DNA of 63,572 nucleotides, filler included, from Porpidia crustulata (lineage: Eukaryota), in assembly GCA_964255105.1 (NCBI GenBank). It is 9 parts of 9 records of this genome, joined end to end, with 100 filler letters (N's around TTAATTAATTAA, not from the genome) between each part and the next. Parts side by side here need not be neighbours in the genome. Positions count along the whole stretch, not along the records: positions 56,618 to 63,572 come from CAXUWE010001417.1; 8 more parts are not named here. One strand, 5' to 3'. The notes below the pieces were generated by a model, which worked only from the letters and a program-made list of their open reading frames with translations, was not told the DNA's origin and ran no database searches. Below are positions 60,716 to 63,572 of this stretch, one piece after another (within the stretch, counting starts at the first letter, position 1; each line of letters opens with the position of its first letter). The position numbers and the translations under genes are program-made.

Positions 60716-62174
60716 CTATATCGCATTCGGCGCTCGGCAAATGGACTTCACGTACCAAACGACCATAGCAAGTGAGCTAGCGAACATACACACTCCAGTA
60801 TATATGACAATTCCTCTGTACCTACCGATTGCATATTGTTGCAGCTCGGTAGTCTGAATTATCAACGCAGAACTTATCGGTCCAGCAGCCACGTTCCCAA
60901 TACCTTTGAGGAATGCAAAAACCCCAAAGGTGGTCAAGGCAACAGTAGGATCGTCTTTGTTGAGAAAAGTACCCATGCGGGCCCACAATACGACGTACCC
61001 ACCACCAAAAAAGCCATATATGAGCGAAAAGATAATCAAGGGCGGAAGAGATCTAGCCAGGCCCCACAGTGTAAAGATAGCGACTCCGCATACTGTGGGA
61101 GATCCAAAGAGTAGAACTTGAACCGGAATTCGATTATCAGAGAAGTAACCAAACGCAATCTGGCCAAAGACGGCCGTCAAGTTTATCAAGGCAAGAACGA
61201 GGGCACCTCGAGCGGAGCTCTGACCTAGAGAATTGACATAAGAAGGCAAGTATAAAGAAGGGAAAAAGTGTCCGAGGCCTTGTAGTAGCACCGAAGCAGC
61301 GAAAGCATAAAACATTGGCTTTTTGAAGAACGACAATTCTGTCCTTGCCGCCGTGCTAGATTGAGATGCTGGAAGTCGACCTTTGAGTACTGGAAGCACA
61401 GGACCAGTAAGGACGACCAGAGAAACAGCAACGGCGCGTAATGTGGTTGGATATCCATACTTGTTAAGGAGTATTTCCAGGATAAAGGGCATTACTGTAC
61501 CGCTAATACCCGTAGCAGCAGAAACTACACCCAAAGCAAAGCCTCGCTTGACGACGAACCATTCGTTCAACATACTGATTATTGGAAAGTACATGATCAG
61601 TACACCAAGGCTGTAGATAATACCTTGTGTGGCAATCAAGGACCCAATGTCTTTGGCGAAACTTCCTGCTAGCAAGCCGATTATCGAAAGCGTCCAGCCA
61701 GACCAGATCATGCATTTGTGCCACTTTGGCCAACGTTTGACTATGGGCGTGACGATTGGAGCACCCAAGTAGACAATACCAGAGCACATGGTCCCAACAA
61801 TTGGGATCTTTCTATTCCCCTTGAATGGATCGTGCTCAAAATAGTAGTTCTGAAATACTCCATAATTCAATGCAAAGCCTTGTATCACTCTCAGCAAACG
61901 ATAGGCGCCAGAGAATTTTGACGATAGACCCACCCCACTGAAGAGCCTCTATCATAAAAGCACCGAAAAGAAATCTCCACGCGGCTACTCCGCCGTCTAC
62001 TGGACATAGCTGTTGCTCTGGAGACTCAACTTCAGTGTGTTCACGAGGGAGGGTATGATTAGCGTTGGTTCCGGACTGGTCCAAATTTTTGGCGACTTGA
62101 AACTGTCGAATAATTAAAGGAGAATGACCTTGAGCTGGCAGGTGTTGTAGCTCGGCTATACCATGATTGGCCAT
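60716..62174 (-). CDS. MFS monocarboxylate transporter (MCT/Mch-like; 1 intron)
   Basis: PVDGGVAAWRFLFGAF.IEAL.W|GF..NYGVFQNYY, TQGI.Y..G, EWFV.KRG.A.G, QGLGHFFP..YLPSY, GYFSD, KGIGNV.AGPISS.L; multiple hydrophobic helices. Confidence 0.93.
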
Positions 62175-62767
62175 CGTTAACGAGTCTATCGTCGTGCAGA
62201 GAAATTCAATCAACGTCAGGCAGAGGAAAACGCTTCTCTAGTCACTATTCATGACATATTGAAAGACCCTTGGACGAATTTGCTCTTATTGTTACCAGGA
62301 TTATGTATGAGAGGGTGATCCCGAGCTCCTCGTGGGTTACTATTATTCCTAGCCACTGTGTCGTAGTCCTGAAGTGAGCCACACGGCTATCTGTGCTGGC
62401 TCGCAGAATCTCCTCCAAGCTTGCTACTATCTTGTTCCCCTATCATCAATTGGCTGGCTGTTTATGAGGCTTGATTCTATGCCTTGGTTGACGTTGAAAT
62501 AAGAAAACATAAATGAGATATGGACACTAAAGACGGGATATTGCGCCAGGCTCAGAGTCCAAGGTGCCAAGATTTTATTTGGCAATTATATTGACAGACG
62601 CAAAATTGTTCGAAAGTGATGATGACGAAATGAGAAAGTCTAGAGAATGAACTGGATCATAGAGGCCAGAATGAACTACGAGCCCCAACAATACACACCA
62701 CACTCCATGAATGCCCAACAAGTTCACGACCGCTCTGTTTTGGCAAGAGCCCGGGAGATTGACAAGT

Positions 62768-62878
62768 GTTCGGACTCACCCCTCAATCGGTCACCTCTCG
62801 CTGAGAAAGATACTGAGCCCTAACCCTAGGTATGATGACCGGTTAAGGGACTTGACCGAATGAGGAGTGAGTACGAAT
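62768..62878. mobile_element. Foldback/MITE-like element copy C with internal CCCTAACCCTAGG
   Basis: Arms GTTCGGACTCACCCCTCAATCGGTCA / TGACCGAATGAGGAGTGAGTACGAAT (22 of 26 complementary); same arm consensus as the copies at 12566 and 12891. Confidence 0.75.
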
Positions 62879-63572
62879 AGCGTTGCCCTTCACACTTCAC
62901 CGGTCGCACCGGACCTTGAAAGATTTAATATGTACTAGATCCCAAAACCTTCACAAATTTCGTCGCTACGAAGAACACTGTCGGGTCGAAAGTCTGTCAT
63001 TAGACAAGCCCGCAATCGTCACTTCCTGAGCCGCGGACAGCCGACATTGTCATTCAGCAGTCGTAACAAGGCACACCTACCATGGGCAACTAAATTCAAA
63101 CATCATGAAATGATCAGCGTCCACGAAACTTGGCCTCGAGCATGCGATTAATCACTCTGGAAATTGGCCATGGTCCTCTTTTTGCACAAAAGACACCACT
63201 TGAGACTAGCCTCGAAAGATCTCCCATAGCCCTATCTAGCAGCACCACCCGTCGCCCTGTCTTCCTCGTTTAGCATTGATATCTTCGTTGACAAAACGCC
63301 AAGCTACTACTCATTCGGGATACGGCTCGGGAGGGGTCGAAAATTTGCTGGCGAGGCTCGAGAATCAAAGTTGAACACGGGGTCGAACCGGAACAAAATC
63401 TCGGCTGGGGTCGAATATATTGATATACAGCATGGTATATGTATATATATATATATAGTTTCCCCGAACCCAGGCCAATACGTGACCGCTAGCTGACTCA
63501 GGTGCCGCCGCTTTGCTCCCCCACTAACGGCCATTTCGTCAATATGCTCTCCCTCTGCTCCCCTAAGCTCCC

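Noticed and set aside
63333..63460. Three GGGGTCGAA motifs and a (TA)n run near the window end
   Set aside because: Irregular spacing, too short to assign, and truncated by the contig end.

Overview
Eukaryotic (fungal, Pezizomycotina-type; several secreted-protein families suggest a lichen-forming ascomycete, which is inference) DNA. The window is not one locus: it is nine ~7 kb contigs joined by an artificial 100-nt linker (44 N + TTAATTAATTAA + 44 N), ordered by decreasing length (7012, 6987, 6986, 6980, 6968, 6967, 6962, 6955, 6955 bp), so adjacency across linkers means nothing. Recognisable genes, most with introns: a Zn(II)2Cys6 transcription factor, OTU1 (3' part), NOP56, a ceruloplasmin-like cupredoxin (5' part), LaeA methyltransferase, a Trk K+ transporter, RidA, an Rds1/ferritin-like protein, a CYP52-type P450, prefoldin subunit 2, HapC/HAP3, an Aro8-type aminotransferase, a MOSC protein, scytalone dehydratase, an MFS monocarboxylate transporter, Cys-rich secreted proteins and tRNA-Asn(GTT). 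Most notable: (1) a three-copy foldback/MITE-like family on two contigs with a TAGGGTTAGGG telomere motif between the arms; (2) a ~949-codon intronless frame next to the tRNA that appears to fuse a GIY-YIG nuclease to a UDG-like domain and has two in-frame stops; (3) a tRNA intron of only 5 nt; (4) in-frame stops without frameshifts in five genes, including NOP56; (5) eight CCAAT boxes clustered upstream of the CCAAT-binding subunit gene hapC. Family calls come from motif recognition by eye, not database searches.
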